Source: Oculina patagonica
Lineage: Eukaryota
Assembly: GCF_052425735.1 (NCBI RefSeq)
Contig: NC_135759.1
Coordinates: 33,170,001 to 33,234,000, forward strand
Reading direction: 5' to 3'
Length of the DNA: 64,000 nt
In this document: one piece after another, positions 12,701 to 24,000 of the stretch
Layout: every line of letters starts with the position of its first letter
Numbering within the stretch: the stretch's first letter is position 1
The notes under the pieces: model-generated
Told to the model about the DNA's origin: nothing
Database searches by the model: none
What the model saw: the letters and a program-made list of their open reading frames with translations, nothing else
Translations under genes and position numbers: made by a program

Positions 12701-15357
12701 TTTTAAATCAAGCAAAATAAATTGCAAACCGCGTATCTGAGGATGTTGAGGTTGTGCACTCACGTTCAAATGATGTATCTCATTTACAGGTCCAGCCATT
12801 GGTATTCGGTTCCGTGTGGTGACGATCCGATCGGCCCCGAACTGGTTACTTTCCTGAGAGTCTTTTCAATGGATGAAGGTATGACAAGTACAACAAATTA
12901 CTGTAGGGAATTAAAATGGGGTGTGACAGCGTCAAGGAAAATACCGTTAAAAATGCGATGTGTGTAAAAAAAAAAATTAAAAGAATTAAAAAGGGTTGAT
13001 ACTGGCTAAAACTATATTGTTCTGGACGTTTTGGCCACTACTGTTCCTACGCGTCTTGAAAACCCTTGAAAACCCTTGAATTTCAGGAGTTTGATTTCAA
13101 GGCCTTGAAAGTACTTGAAATTGGTTTTCGGTCCTTGAAAGTCCTTGATTTTTTTATTGAACGTCAAAAGGCTTCAAGACAATGATAAGACCGCCAAAAT
13201 AAGCAATTTTTTTAGTTCTTCAGCAAGCACATCAACGGCATATCAGACCGAAAATCGTCAATTTGGGGTAAATTTCATGAAAAAAAGTCCTTGAAATTTC
13301 CAAGAAGGGTCCTGGAAAGTCCATGAAAAGTCCTTGAATTTTTGGCCTGAAAAAGTGTACGCACCCTGTGACTTTAGCAAAGATAAAAATTGAAAATGCA
13401 ATTGTCTTACGGCGTCCTGATCACCGAGCATTTTTAACTGGGATGTGACGAATGTAGTGTATAACACAAGAAGTTGAGACGCCTCAGCAAATTTCAGGTA
13501 TCAGTATCTGATGTTCATTATTGAATTTCTTATAGTACTTCCCGGTTGGTAGAATTAGCTATCATTTTCTATGAACTATATATGGTGGTAATTTTCTTTG
13601 TAGGCGTTCATAGGTACTCAAAGTCATGGGGGCGTCGCGTGTATCAGTTTTGAAAAAGACAATATATTCTTACAAATACCAAAGGGCAATGGGTCAAGTA
13701 GCGGGCCCGTCAGTGTTGAAGAAGTTAATAGTGCATGACAACCAGTCATTACGGCCTTTTGAAGTTTGTCTCATTAAGTTTTTTTAAAAATCACGTGAAT
13801 TTATATATCGTAGATGAGTTGAAAGAGTGGCTCGAGAAAGCAAGTGAAAACATCAACGAGTTGAAGAAACTTTCGGCGGTGCTTTTCTTTGTCAAGGAGG
13901 AGACTGAAAGCAAGTGTTGGCAGTTCATAGAAACGCGACTTTCCTTGCTTCTTGGACAGTACAAAACATCGGATGCGGTGAGTCTGGGTGGGTAAAAATA
14001 CAAAACATGGGATGTGATGTGGCGTGTGACAAGGAGGAGGGGGGGGGTAGGTAAGGCCTGCTGTCGAGCCAAGTGGCTCATCAGGCCGGAGTTTAACCCG
14101 TTTTTGTAGCATTAAGCGGCTAGGAGTATTTCAACCCCCCCCCCCCTCTCCCCCCCCCCCCCGAATGGGATGCTAGTCCATCGCAGGGTTACCCCCCAGC
14201 AGTAAATTCGCCGGCACCCATTTATGCACCTGGGTGGAGAGAGGCACTATGAAAGTGAAGTGTCTTGCCTAAGAACACAACGCAGTGCCCCGGCCAGGCC
14301 GCGAACCAGGACCGCTCGATCCGGAGTCCGGCGTACTAACCACTAGGCCACCACACCTCCCACGACAAGGAGGGGTGGATGGTATGAAATTTGGAATGTA
14401 GTGAGTCTGGCGGCAGAGTTGTATGTGGATGATATACACATCACATGTTATAAGGGTAGAAACAGGGATGAGTTAATTCAATTAAAAGGGCTTTGTAATG
14501 TTGCGGATTTTCCAGGTTTTGAAACAGCTGAAATTTATACTTGTGTCGTAGGAAACCTAAAAAATAATGGTTCGGTTTTATTAATACTGGTAAAACGAGT
14601 CTTTGGCTGCGGATGACTCGTATGGAAATGGATTGCAACTTGAAAAATTAAGGCTTATCTTTTCAAGTTGTTCCGCACGTCTTCAAAAAAATCGATATTT
14701 ATAGACGTAGCTTGATTTTTATCCGCAAATTACTACCACTAATTTCAGAACAGCTTAGACCAAAAATCTGCGAAATTCCCTTGACGTAGCTCGTTTAAGC
14801 GCTCATTATGAGGAGTTCGTTTTACGGTCTTCTCGAGAAATGACAATTGATGATCGCTCGGTTAGGGCTGAAAAACGGCACTCGTTCAACCGAGTGTATT
14901 GTGACGCGTTTAGCATTAACCAATAAAGCTTAAGTCTGTCTGCGAGTAGACTCTTGTTTTTGGTTTTGTGCGTTTTGCGCGAGAGCGCGTTACGCGAGTC
15001 AGCGCGCGAATCAGTGTCATTTTGGTTTTATTGATTGTCCTGTTGTCCTTGTTGTTATAATCGCAGGAGGAATGCGAGTTACTGGAAAGTTCAGAAATAT
15101 CACATCACAAGAAGCTCTGTATTAAGTTAAAAAGAGCTGAAAGAAAGGTGCTACAAAATGCATTGAAATACGCTTCTACTGCCAGGAAGGGAAATGCAGA
15201 GCCTCGGTTAGAATCGGACGGAAGTCCTGGCATTGAGAATGATAAAAGAAACTCAAACGATCACGTTGAAAATGAAAGACTAACAAACACGAACACAAGC
15301 GATGAAATGGACCAAACAGCTTCTGCTGCGAGTCAACTTTGTATTGATGGAGAATAG
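800..15357 (+). CDS. SETD3: Actin-histidine N-methyltransferase SETD3 (SET domain plus Rubisco-LSMT-like substrate-binding domain), 13 coding exons, 548 aa
   Basis: Hand-spliced exons with GT-AG boundaries: 800-902, 2114-2209, 3874-4028, 5221-5293, 5567-5677, 6279-6359, 6901-6968, 7242-7303, 10592-10703, 11688-11929, 12790-12878, 13814-13977, 15067-15357 (1647 nt, in frame). The translation is collinear with vertebrate SETD3 as I recall it: MGKKGR..., KQWEEHLKLREMVEKIR, GLGLKAVSDIK, IPRKLM, SFWKPYL, ARQYAYLY, RWAVSTVITRQNKIP, LALIPMWDMCNH, ITTGY, DFKAGEQVCIFYGERSNADLLVHNGF, IQLGVSRSDPL, FLRVFSM. The exon 2 acceptor could alternatively be 2126 (also in frame). Confidence 0.96.
1307..1597. mobile_element. 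MITE with ~40-bp TIRs and TTAA TSD (Kolobok-like AG...CT termini), nested in a mariner-like MITE remnant starting near 1159
   Basis: TTAA|AGTGCCTATGAAATGAAAACCAAGTTGAACTCATATGAAAG ... CTTTCATATGAGTTCAACTTGGTTTTCATTTCATAGGCACT|TTAA. Confidence 0.85.
3255..3536. mobile_element. GC-rich non-autonomous element with inverted ends and a 9-bp flanking direct repeat
   Basis: GGGGATAAGTGTTG ... CAACACTTATTCCCC; ATAAACGGT at 3246-3254 and 3537-3545. Confidence 0.5.
5678..6278 (+). other. U12-type (minor spliceosome) GT-AG intron, SETD3 intron 5
   Basis: 5' splice site GTATCCTTT at 5678; branch-site motif TTCCCTTAAC at 6252-6261, 17 nt before the intron end at 6278; no typical polypyrimidine tract. 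Confidence 0.9.
5839..6229. mobile_element. Kolobok-like MITE (AGGGACTGTGTCACG TIR, TTAA TSD)
   Basis: TTAA|AGGGACTGTGTCACG ... CGTGACACAGTCCCT|TTAA; lies inside the U12 intron. Confidence 0.85.
6529..6596. mobile_element. Small hairpin MITE (TAGCCTGTTCCAGGC family)
   Basis: 20-bp perfect inverted repeat TAGCCTGTTCCAGGCATTGA / TCAATGCCTGGAACAGGCTA; related elements near 22466-22628 and 55626-55749. Confidence 0.65.
7437..7750. repeat. 52-bp minisatellite, 6 near-identical copies, in SETD3 intron 8
   Basis: Unit GTGATACAGATGTTGACGGAAGTGTGCGTGTACAAAAATTGTGTGGACGGAA starting at 7437, 7489, 7541, 7593, 7645, 7697. Confidence 0.95.
7822..9232. mobile_element. Degenerate ~1.4 kb element with long (~200 bp) imperfect terminal inverted repeats
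   Basis: ATGTGAAAAGAAATGAAATCA (~7831) vs TGATTTCATTTCTTTTCACAT (~9201); GCAGCCGGAAGTAA (~8028) vs TTACTTCCGGCTGC (~9061); GCTGACACA (~7964) vs TGTGTCAGC (~9094). Confidence 0.6.
9913..10278. mobile_element. Kolobok-like MITE, same family as 5839-6229 in the opposite orientation
   Basis: TTAA|AGGGACTATGTCACG ... GTGACACGGTCCCT|TTAA; internal GGCCATCCGTACCTTCTTTTG is the reverse complement of a segment in the 5839 copy. Confidence 0.85.
11047..11320. mobile_element. MITE with ~24-bp TIRs
   Basis: CTCTCTTCTCCGCAGAGGTCTCTT ... AAGAGGCCTCTGCGGAGGAGAGAG; explains the spurious ORFs 10911-11333 and 10924-11457. Confidence 0.7.
12492..12678. mobile_element. MITE with ~36-bp TIRs
   Basis: AATTGGCCATTTCCGAGTTACCCTTTGCCTCTGTTTT ... 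AAAACAGAGGCAAAGGGTGACTCGGAAATGGCCTATT. Confidence 0.8.
13041..13368. mobile_element. hAT-like non-autonomous element with subterminal CCTTGAAA repeats
   Basis: Multiple (A/T)CCTTGAAA units at both ends; right end GTGTACGCACCCTG (CAGGG terminus on the - strand); left end degenerate. Confidence 0.5.
14045..14361 (-). mobile_element. tRNA-derived SINE with a CORE-like central domain
   Basis: On the - strand: GGGAGGTGTGGTGGCCTAGTGGTTAG (A box) ... GGTTCGCG (B-box-like) ... TTAGGCAAGACACTTCACT ... CCACCCAGGTGCATAAATGGG; flanking direct repeat GACAAGGAGG at 14028 and 14364; homologous to 47128-47432. Confidence 0.85.
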
Positions 15358-15383
15358 AATTGCGGAGTCGCGAACGAGAATTC

Positions 15384-15785
15384 AGGGACCTTACGAAACC
15401 ACGACAGCGACGGCAACGAAAACGTCGCCAAACAAAAGGTTTAATAAGCAGCACAACAGCCCTGCACATGTGTTAGCTATGTTTGAACATTTCTTGTCGT
15501 CCTCTGCAAAAAAAAAAAAAAAAAACGTGAAATGACCAAATTCTGCGCAGTCTGGAGAAAGTTAACTATGGCGGCGAATTTTTCATGTTTCTCGTTTGAA
15601 TTTAATATTGCACTTATAATCGTGCTAGAGGTTAGTTCTGACACCTATGAACGCACTATTAAAATGAATTAGGATAACTGCGAGATTCTTAAGTAAAATA
15701 TAAATTCATTTTTCAGTCAACCGTTGACTGAAAAACACGACAACGGTTGTCGTCAGTGTCGCCGTCGTGGTTTCGTGAAGTCCTT
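15384..15785. mobile_element. MITE immediately 3' of the SETD3 stop codon
   Basis: GGACCTTACGAAACCACGACAGCGAC ... GTCGCCGTCGTGGTTTCGTGAAGTCC imperfect TIRs. Confidence 0.65.
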
Positions 15786-17798
15786 CAGTAATAATATAAT
15801 CAGAATTAGAGTGTATCAAGAGAGTATGGAGTCAAGAGACTTTTCGGCTCAGTAGCACGACAACACATAACACAGCCTCGTTATGTTTTACTCAAGACGC
15901 GTGCCTATCCACGCAGAGCACGCCATAGGGGTCACGTGCCGGCGTGTTATGGGCTAACTTTTTTTCAGAACTCCGAAGTTTAGAAGGTGTAGATAAAAAG
16001 TAGCTTGAGGGGACTTGATCACTGAAAGGTGGGTTATTCCTCTCTTGGTTTCACAATCTCTTGAGTAGAATCTTTATTAACCTCCCTCTTTGATACCCCC
16101 CCCCCCCCCGCCTCTACAAGTCAATAAGCCCCCTCTGTCTCTTCCCTTGATTGCAAATCACGACAATTTCAAAAAGGCAACTTGACGCTTTTAAAGTTAT
16201 TCATCCACATTTTATCTTGACGTTTTTGTTAAAATGTGTTACTACAGCACCAAAATATTAAGAAGTCTACTTCATTTCTTTAATATATACCCTAACTGAT
16301 ACTTGATTTAAAAACAAACAACTTCTCCCCCCCTTTCTTTTAAGTCCCCCCTCCCCTCCTCCGTCAAAAATTCTTGAAAAGAAATAACTCCCCCCACGCC
16401 GTAGTCAGCAGTGATAGAAAAAATGTCATTGTGTGACGTTAGAAAGGCGTGGCGTAATGAGCTAGTGGGAAGAGAATGCTAAATACTGTACAATAAAAGA
16501 CCTGTGGAAAACCCAAATGAGTTATTTTTAACATTTTTTGTCGCCAACTGACTTTCGCATGAATCGGAACGCGCGTCTTGTCGCCACGTCAGCTATCATT
16601 AAGCGATGACGTCAGGAAATCGCTGATTGCCATCGCCCGACCGACCCGATCTTTTTGTCCTCTTTTTGTCTGTTTCGGTCGAACAAAAATCAAGTTTAAC
16701 TTGATAACAAGAAATCGCCGCGTAGAACACAAAAGCAAAATACTCCCGTACAGTTAGAATGAAACACTACAATGTATAAACGAAAGAGACTAATTACATA
16801 TGATGGGATCTATTAGAATAAGTAGACAGAAATTTCTAACTCCTATAATAATAATAAGGGCCGCGGTGGGCAAGAGACCGTTTGACCTTTCTCGCAGCTT
16901 AAAAGCTAGCTCCCGCGTATCGTATGTCGTTCATCGGAAGTCACACCTACAATAGAACGCAGTCTACTGTTGTTCAATTGAGCAAATCTACGAAGAAAGT
17001 GTATAATTAACTTTGCATCCTTGGCCAGTGAATTTATAACTACTGTTAATTCTGTATTTATTTGAATTCCATCATATCCTATCTATGCTATTTAGACAAT
17101 AACCAGCATTGCTTCTTAGGTTTAAAAAAAGGACACTGCAATTGGATAACAGCCTTTATCACGCCCTCAATTATGTTAGACCCTTTGTGAAACGTCATCG
17201 CTTCTGCATGCACTGCATGCCGTTTATTTTAGTCACGCTGATGAGCCAGAGATATTGAAATCTTTTGAAACCTAACAGATATGTACAGGGATAAGTTTTT
17301 GTATGGTTTTAATAAGTTTATAAATAGAGGCTACAACTAGATTTAATCAATATATAGATTGAAGGAAAACCGACTTCGGAATAAAAAAAAAAAAAAAATC
17401 GTGTTTATAAAATGATGGCAGGGCTTCGTTTGGGGAATGTCATAAACACATCATTGATCAACGCATCTTTTTTTTTTTTTTTCATGCTTTTAATGGTTAT
17501 ACAAGAGAACAGCTTACAAAGGAATGAAACACGTTAGTATAATTAGTAGATTAGGAATATATACTGGCAGTTTATCGATCGATAAGCCGAGATCTTGTAC
17601 AATTTTTATAAAGATTCGAAAGCAAGTTGAACCTCAGCAAGGTGAAGATTTTCACCACAATTCTATTTCTTTTTTCTTTTCAACTTTGCATACTGCCGCA
17701 AATGGAGTAAAAGGAAACTTATTAGTAAGGGTTAGTTAATGTTAAAGCTGTCCTCTATTCGTGTCCGTATTCCGTATTTTCCATGGTTCGTTGCCTGG

Positions 17799-18010
17799 TT
17801 ACAGGTAGTCGTTCACGTTCATCGTATCACCAGTCTCTCGACTCATCTCATTGGTTATTGATGGCGCTGGCTTTTCCTGGTCAGCGGCTGTTGGTGGAGA
17901 GTCGAAGACCTGCGATGCTGTTGATGTGTCGGTGGGTGGACTGGGGTCGATTGAGTTGGAGACCTGTGGTTCATCGGCTTGAGGTATGGTAGTCTGTGCA
18001 GCGGGTTGGT
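17799..18010 (-). CDS. Terminal exon of the Arg-rich gene, encoding an acidic Pro/Thr/Ser-rich tail
   Basis: Acceptor (T)8AG at 18011-18020, phase 1, matching the donor at 18471. Translates as DQPAAQTTIPQADEPQVSNSIDPSPPTDTSTASQVFDSPPTAADQEKPAPSITNEMSRETGDTMNVNDYL*. Confidence 0.75.
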
Positions 18011-21000
18011 CTAAAAAAAATAGACGGTAATTTTAAATCAAAAGCCACTCGTAAGCCAGCGAAAGCTTTTCTTTGGAGGGAATAAATAATTGGTAGGTAA
18101 ACAAACCCTTTAATCTACAGAGCCCTAAATTTTTTAGCCTTTGCAAACTGGCGACAATTTGATTTCGAGAATTTTCTCCTGGCGTATGTCTAGTTACTCG
18201 GTAACCACACCGAAAACTGGCACTGCGGGCTCATATTAGTTGTTTAACGAAGAATAGTTTACAGTGCATGTACCACATGCATGAGAACTGCTCAAATTTC
18301 ATGTTTTGAAGACATTGAACAAGCTGCACCACACCGGAAGTACTACTTGTTGGATTTCACTTGAAAACGCGCTGTATAATTTCATCCAAAGACTCAAACG
18401 TTGTATGAGAAGCGCATTTATACTGTGGTAAGGCTTGAATGAGGAGGTAACGAAGATATATCACTACTTACCTCTAAATTTTCGGAGACGAAATTTGCCA
18501 CGACCCTTTCTGCGTATTTTTCTCCACCCCTTTCTTCCTCGCACCTTAGCCTTTCCGTACCGAAGCCGGATTCGTCGAAGACGTCCGCGTAAAACAGCGC
18601 GCAGCTTGTTGCAGCAGTTTCTCACGCGTCGCCACATTCGTCCGTAGCGTATCTGCAAGGTTCCTCCTCTGGATGGCACATACCGCCAGCGCCTTCCGAT
18701 GCGGATTCCAAATCGACGTCCTCGCAGCGTGACCCTTCTTCGCCGTTTTCGATACATTATAGTCCATCTGCCGCGCCATCTCTTGACGTATCTCCACCTG
18801 CCTCCGTACTTGAGTCGCATTTTCGCGTAGGTCTTTCTTCGTCTAAAACCCTTCCATGTCTTTTTGAGCCAGATCCTTGGTCGTCCTCCCCGGAAGCGGA
18901 TTGGTCGTCCTCTTCGCTTGTAGCGCACCATCAAGCGTCCTTTGCGGGGGTAGATCCAGCGTAGTTTACCGCGGATGAACATCTTCAAACGACGAACAAC
19001 ATGTTTAACAAGCTTCCAAGGCCGCGTGCCGTAGCGTACCCATACTCCTCTGCTTCGGATTCTGTGAGTTGAACATAAAAGACGAATTTTAAGGACTGCC
19101 ACCAGTGGCATTCTTTAACTACTTCACGTCCCGTACTGCAGTTTAAAACGCCCTCAGTAACAATTTGAACAGCGGTCCTTACATTTCAGATACTCATTGA
19201 TATTCTTCAACCCCCCACCCCCTCCCCCCCCAACCTTCCCAGAAAAGCGATTTTGTTTAATTTGAGCTCAACATCCTCCGTTTGCTATACAGTAATGGCG
19301 GGTTCAAATGAAGATATAGTTTCTTGTTGAGTCCCAAGTTCGAGGTATTGAGTTGCCTTACATTCTGCGAATTTAGCGGTACATCAAGATAATAAGTCGA
19401 TAATTGCCCCATCCTTGTCACCTTTCTAAAAATATGGCGATAATTTAAAGAAAATTTGATATCGCGTTTTTACAATCGGCCAAGTCCCATGGTTAGCTGA
19501 AGAAATATGAAATGACGTTTGCAGTGCGTCTTGTGGCAGGTACTATATAAAATTAACCAAAAGTAACTAGTAATACGTGACTCGCAGGGCCTCGCGAAGC
19601 TCTGGGTTGGGGAGGGGTGGGGGGTGTTATAAATAAGGAGTGGATTATTTGAAGTTGAACATTTATTGAATTGTACATATTCAATTTTCCACAGTAGGCA
19701 GAAAGATATATTTGTTAGAAATTTCAACGGGCATGGCCGCGACACCCTCGTTCCCAGGGTCTACTCCGCTTTGAAGATGGTGGCTTTTTCTGGTTCGTAA
19801 AGAGGTATAAAGCGTTGGGAAGCGCAGGCTATTTTCAAAATCATCGACAAATTATTGGATAGTCGCATTTTGGACATTTATTTGATGGCATTAAAAAAAA
19901 AAGAAGAAGAACGAACAGCAGGAGGATTCGAAGCCTCCGCCCGCGCGCCCCTGATGGCGATGAAAGATTTATAGCCTGAATAGGCGTTGAGGGAGTATTA
20001 TGTGGAGATCAATGTTATTTTAATCCGAAAAGAAAAACGATAAAAATGAAAGGCTCAGAATTCGAACCCACAAAAAAAAAAGAAAAAAAAAACGTACCCT
20101 AGCCGGATTCGAACCCCCGACCTCAGTTCCGAAGATCTGATTTCAAGTTCGACGCCTTACCATTAGGCCACCAGCGCGCGGCGGACGTGTGACGTCATTT
20201 CCGCCACACACCAAGCTCACAAATATATATATATATATATATAGAAATATATATGACCGTAAACTCCACACGAGATTTCATCCCGCCTGATCCCTTTGAG
20301 GGACAAAATTATACACCCCGCTACGCTCGGCCTTCGGCTCTCGCTTCGCGAGGAATAATGGTAGACCAAGTTAAATTATTTATTTTACTTTTAAATAGCA
20401 AACATAACAACGAGACCCTCCCGGGGGGTGAGGGGGCACGTTCCTTTGAAAATTTCCTTTTTCCCCAAAAGTACTTTGTCGATTTGTGTGGTCCCTGCTC
20501 CCTAAAATATCAGAATTACAGCTTTTGTCCGCGTATTCCCAGCTTATTTTCCTTTTGTTCCCTTGTTCCTGATTATTTTTGGCCATGTTCTCTTGTTACC
20601 TAAGACGCCCGGGAGGGGTTCAACAACTGTGTTAGATTTCCTTACCTAAGGCCATAGTACTTGGTACCAACACGGAACCTTAGTCGCCCTCCTCTCCTTC
20701 GCACTCTTTTGAACTTTCTACCATATCTGAAAACAATTCTGCCATTGCGCTGTCCGTATCGGCGTCGACGTCTTCGTCTTTTACGCCTGAACCTTCGCCA
20801 GTACCGTCTTAGCCTCTTTTGTCGTCTTCTTCTTCTTGCACGGCGACCACGGCGTGTCGAAGGACGTTTCCATTTTTTCTTATAAAAGAATCTTAATTTT
20901 CCATAGATGAATCGGATTGGTCTGGTCCTCCTACCGTAAACGACGCGAAGGGTCTTTCCAACTCGTCTCACGACTCTGTACCGTCCCTTGACACGAACCC

Positions 21001-24000
21001 TTACTCTGTTGACTCGGACTCGGTACCATCTTCTTCCACGGCGATAGCGGAATACGCCGCGTCGGATTCTAGTGAGAAAGAGAAAATCAGGAGGTTTTAG
21101 TCACTTGTTAGATTCTACCAGAAGTTGATAATGCTAATTTTATAGACAACTGACACTATTCGATTCGGAATCTCAAGCCGCCAATATTTTTGATGCCATT
21201 GCATTTGCTGTTAATCAGAGTTAGAGCTGTCCTGACCGACCTAAAGAAAAGTGGTTACAAAGCCAACCCGAGCAGAAACGAGCTGTCAGTGATTGTTCTG
21301 ATTGGCTGAGTTGGCACATTTCAAAAATGGCAAATCATTTTCAAACTTTATCTCGAGTTTTTTGTTGTTGCATGCTTGAGAAACATGCAATGCTTTGAGC
21401 GGAGTTTGGAGTTAAGATGAGCTTAATTAAACTTGTGTAGCCGGCTTGGCACAGCTTCAAGTAGAGGACAATTTTAAAACTCTGACACAAAAATGGCTCT
21501 TTGTTAAGTAGAGAATAACATACTGAAGTGGCTGGTTATGAAGAAGAATTCAATGACCGTTGTATCATGAGGTAGATTGCGAAAATTAAGTTCGCATTGC
21601 TTGTCATTTGCAATTTCATCTTTAGCTTTGTGTAATCTGCTTTAATCAAGGCCAATTACAAAAAGAAACACAATGACAAAAAATGCCGTGAACCAAAAAA
21701 AGCTAATTCTTACCTTAAACTACATGTCCTTCGTCCATAGCGGAAAAAGAACTTTCCACGCCTTCGGTACACTAGTCTGTAACGTCTTCCAACCCGTATA
21801 CGCATTACACCGTAACGCCTTCGCCTGGACCGTCTTCCGCGTCGCCAAGGCCGTCGCCTGGGTCTTACACGTCTGCGCCGTCTGATACGTACCCAACGCC
21901 GTCCTCTACGCGAATAGATTCCTCTTTTCGTGACGCGGATTCCTCTGTACCTCCTTCCAATACGGATCACGGGTTTTCTTCCGCGGATTGTTATCCTTCT
22001 CCATCTTTTCCTCAAGCGCGTGTAGAGGCGGTACTTCTTCGTCGGTACGCGTCGCCAAGCTCTCTTAAAATAGTAATATAACCGGCCGCGTTTGTACCTG
22101 TTGTAAGATGAAACAAAAAACATCAGAGATGAAATAAGAAACTGATAGCAAAGGTAAACAGCGTACATACTATTACTGTAGTAGCCCATGTAGCAAGCGT
22201 TCCCGTACGTCCCGTGCGAATATGCACTGAGTTTTCCCGAATGAACACTGAGTTTTCAACATTTTAGCCACGCGATTATTACTTTAATTTATATTGTTGG
22301 CGTGTAAAATAACTTTTACAAAATCTTTTCCAAAAAACAGGGTTTATCAAAAAACATTTATTAATCAGAAAAAAAAAACAGTGATAGATGTTGACGATTC
22401 ATTGCGCGAGATACGCATTAAATAACGACTAAGCCCACCCCACCACTCCCCAAATAAATTTTGGTAGCCTGTTACAGGCAATTGGTTAGTTGAGGAGCAG
22501 CGCAAAGAACGGCAAGTGAAAAAAAAGACGAGGGTTAGTCGAAGAGACGCCCCACAATACCGTCGTTCTTCGCGCTAATCGCGTTCTTTGAACTTCTCCC
22601 CAGCTAACGGAACGCCTGCAACAGACTAAATTTTGGTTTCCACAGCTACGCAAGACAGAGCTGTTTCTTTTATGTTATTTTCCTAGCTGTATATTACACT
22701 TGTGAGCATCTAATCTATATCGCCAATGTCTCATATAATAAAACGAAAATAAGCAGATTGGTCATGACTGAGGAAGTCTACGAACGACAAACGTGAAAAA
22801 AGTTGGCCGAGATGTCGCTCCTTTGGCTTAAAAAAAGTTTTCCTCGCAACATGCGAGAAAGAATGTCTGAAGAAGCATTTATTATTTTATTGTTTTTGAA
22901 GAGAATGCATTTTAACCAGTAAAGGGAACTCTGTCTTTTCTATTACCTGATTCTCCTTCGGCGACCTCCAAGGCGGAATGTTAATTTACCCTTCCACCTG
23001 AAGATTTTCCTTGTCTTTTTGCGGTAGTAGATCTTGAACGGGCTGCTGCGACGTCTGTATCGCCGTATACGTCTAATTCTGCGCCTGTTTCGTCGTTGAT
23101 AACGCCTAATACGTCGTATCTTTCGCCTGTAGCGTCGGTATTTACGTCTGCGTACGCGGCGACCTCTTCGTCCCTTGCGGCGTCTGTACACGATTCGTCT
23201 CCACTTCCTTCTGATACGATACACTGGCCTTCCGCGTATGAACCTGAATGGTCGGTATTTTCGTCCTATGCGGACTCTGATCTTGCCTCTATATCGTCGT
23301 GTAGAACACCATCGCCGTCTGATGAGGAACTGTGGTCGACGTTTGACGTAGCTCCATCGTCTTCCAACCCGGACTACGATTCTTCCTCTTCGATATCTAG
23401 AAAACACCAGGAGACATAGATTTAACATTTTTATAATCACTGAAAACAAAGGTTGTCAAGTGGTATTTGAAATTATTTGTATTTTGGACCTTTATATTGT
23501 TTTACTTTCTAGGTCCGCCCCGCTTCAGAGGTAAGAGAATGCACTTGAAAATTTGCTTGTGCTTATCTCGTGAACTCTTCTTTAATGCCAAAAATTCTGT
23601 CGTGTTTCACAAAAGCATATATAATATATCCATCAAAGCTAAACCAATCATAAGTGCAAAAGTTACAAACAAAGAAGCGTCAAAAAATTGTGATCTTAAT
23701 TTAACTCTCATGTTACGCATTTGATAACACTTCAGATTTTTTTGGTTTTGTCTCTTTGTTGTATTTTCTTTGCTCCCATGTGAACTGGGTTGCAATTCAA
23801 ACGTTTTCCTTTGGGTGATATTTCTATAGTGCATTGAGATGAAAGAGAGAAATTAACCTTACCTGATAAGTCTAAATCGACGTTTGAAACGCATCACAAA
23901 TCGCCTTCCTCTCCTGTAAATCTTTCTGAATCCTCTTCTGTACCACACACGCATCACGCATCCTCGTCTACCGCGCCTTCCTCTTCGCCTTCGTCGACGT

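Noticed and set aside
20094-20177. Functional tRNA gene supplying the Arg-rich gene
   Set aside because: The anticodon and acceptor stems pair poorly, the apparent anticodon (TGA) is not Arg, and it sits inside a probable repeat.
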